Positions 63,686 to 64,000 of a stretch of 64,000 nucleotides of DNA are shown here, piece after piece (the stretch's first letter is position 1; each line of letters starts with the position of its first letter). The notes below the pieces were generated by a model that had not been told where the DNA came from, made no database searches, and saw nothing but the letters and a program-made list of their open reading frames with translations. A program made the position numbers and the translations under genes. This stretch comes from a virus. Taxonomy: Duplodnaviria > Caudoviricetes. Where the stretch lies: IMG/VR virus record IMGVR_UViG_3300014205_000022, positions 2,193 to 66,192 of that record; one strand, given 5' to 3'.

Positions 63686-64000
63686 AAACAGAAGTACCGC
63701 TCACTAAGCAGTCACTCACAACAGGCGACATCGCACTAATATGCGAGGTTGCACCACGCACGGTTTCAAAGTGGATCGATGGCGGCGTTCTTAAAGGTAA
63801 GAAGCTGCCGATGTCGAATGACAGGCGAGTTGAACGCAGTGACCTCATCGCCTTCATGGTGACCAGCAACTTCTCACATCGTCTTGTTGCGAAGGCGACT
63901 GGCCTTTTAACAGACGAATTCATCGCCAGCCTTGGATTTGAGAAGAGCGGAGACGTTAAGGACGGCGTGCAGCTCTGGGTTAAGGATGTATGGCGACTTG
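63682..64000 (+). CDS. Excisionase-like/MerR-type HTH (HTH_17-like), 3'-truncated
   Basis: LTTGDIALICEVAPRTVSKWIDGGVLKGKKLPMSNDRRVERSDL; frame open to the window end. Confidence 0.8.
   Translation, partial: MKTEVPLTKQSLTTGDIALICEVAPRTVSKWIDGGVLKGKKLPMSNDRRVERSDLIAFMVTSNFSHRLVAKATGLLTDEFIASLGFEKSGDVKDGVQLWVKDVWRL

Noticed and set aside
1-64000. Apparent excess of CTTAAG sites as a DNA signal
   Set aside because: Most copies I checked are in-frame Leu-Lys (CTT AAG), consistent with codon bias. Not counted formally.
1-64000. Prophage integration module, att site or host flanks
   Set aside because: No integrase motif and no bacterial housekeeping genes at either edge. Lifestyle cannot be determined from this window.

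Overview
The window is almost entirely one tailed dsDNA bacteriophage genome: siphovirus-like, with Mu-like portal, gpF and protease genes and a lambda-E-type capsid. Several family signatures suggest a Planctomycetota host, but this is inference. No integrase, tRNA, CRISPR array or reverse transcriptase was seen. Layout: HTH and VRR-NUC genes; a 33-bp perfect inverted repeat (826-1120); a Zn-ribbon cluster; terminase; candidate head-cargo genes; portal; a lysis/secreted-protein cassette; fibre genes; head and tail genes with a -1 frameshift chaperone; a glycosyltransferase/radical-SAM/methyltransferase cluster (32.1-36.9 kb); replication genes (SNF2, SSB-like, primase-MCM fusion, PolA, ThyX); a probable cytosine-hypermodification cluster (43.4-50.5 kb); and a divergent early region with a conserved bipartite promoter motif, hairpin arrays, an AAA/vWA pair, an ECF-type sigma factor, a ligase and CsrA. 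Strongest leads: (1) a GTGS peptide tag, independently encoded in six virion proteins and at the C-terminus of capsid, terminator and tail tube, beside a dedicated glycan-building cluster, which suggests sequon-directed virion glycosylation; (2) a set of putative head-internal proteins that share a [VIF]-x-A-[AS] processing motif and a [IV][IV]KDA leader; (3) a dCMP-modifying and DNA-glycosylating pathway with its own NDP-sugar synthesis. Family assignments come from motif recognition by eye; no database searches were run.
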